From the NCBI GenBank assembly GCA_964575755.1, contig CAZNRH010000001.1:17100-81099 (forward strand): DNA of 64,000 nucleotides. The letters run 5' to 3'. The DNA is from an uncultured Candidatus Saccharibacteria bacterium (GTDB lineage: Bacteria > Patescibacteriota > Minisyncoccia > Phycocordibacterales > JABMNX01). Of this stretch, positions 63,941 to 64,000 are shown piece by piece. The notes under the pieces were generated by a model. That model ran no database searches and was not told the DNA's origin. It worked only from the letters and a program-made list of their open reading frames with translations. Made by a program: the position numbers and the translations under genes. Position 1 is the first letter of the stretch, and the number at the start of each line of letters is the position of its first letter.

Positions 63941-64000
63941 CAGAGTGTTTTACGAGGAGGCACACTGAGAAGTGTGCCTGCGCACACTTCGTAGGGATTC

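Overview
Low-GC window (roughly 30-35% by eye), standard genetic code (TGA ends secA and other conserved genes), short intergenic spacers and mostly + strand genes. Gene content is consistent with a small-genome, CPR/Patescibacteria-like bacterium; this is inference only. Layout: (a) 1-376 is the 3' end of an IS200-like/RAYT-type Y1 transposase. (b) 394-25750 is a ~24 kb surface-glycan locus. It holds six GT4 glycosyltransferases, a GT9 and a GT47-like transferase, three class I SAM methyltransferases, three FkbM methyltransferases, a NodU/CmcH-type carbamoyltransferase, a sulfotransferase, a NeuB-like nonulosonate synthase, a CMP-sugar cytidylyltransferase, a Wzx-like flippase and an O-antigen-ligase/TPR protein. 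Two toxin-antitoxin-type modules are embedded in it. (c) Housekeeping genes: murB, a lysine-rich H1-like protein, secA, a NUDIX hydrolase, an FMN reductase, a DUF360 holin-like protein, a DedA-family protein, obg and gatB. (d) A region bracketed by two more RAYT copies with REP palindromes. It holds two membrane-anchored HTH(excisionase-type) proteins, one a 1300-aa tail-fibre-like repeat giant, then tatC-tatA, a small RR-motif protein, a small beta-rich protein and a 1236-aa LamG-like giant. (e) A sugar-phosphate block (gap, rpiB, rpe, split transketolase, PfkB kinase, class II fba), a small HTH gene flanked by a repeated palindrome, a 2-hydroxyacid dehydrogenase, rplY, a coiled-coil MltB-like lytic transglycosylase, rpmE, prfA, rpsB, tsf and tRNA-Thr(UGU). 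The main unexplained signals are: REP-RAYT elements, including a REP inside a transposase ORF; a small palindromic element embedded in-frame at the 3' ends of rplY and rpsB; the HTH-TM-fibre giant proteins next to a minimal Tat system, with a shared TAATTCC upstream repeat; TA modules inside the glycan locus; and Nod-factor-like tailoring chemistry (carbamoyl, sulfate, methyl) combined with nonulosonic-acid genes.
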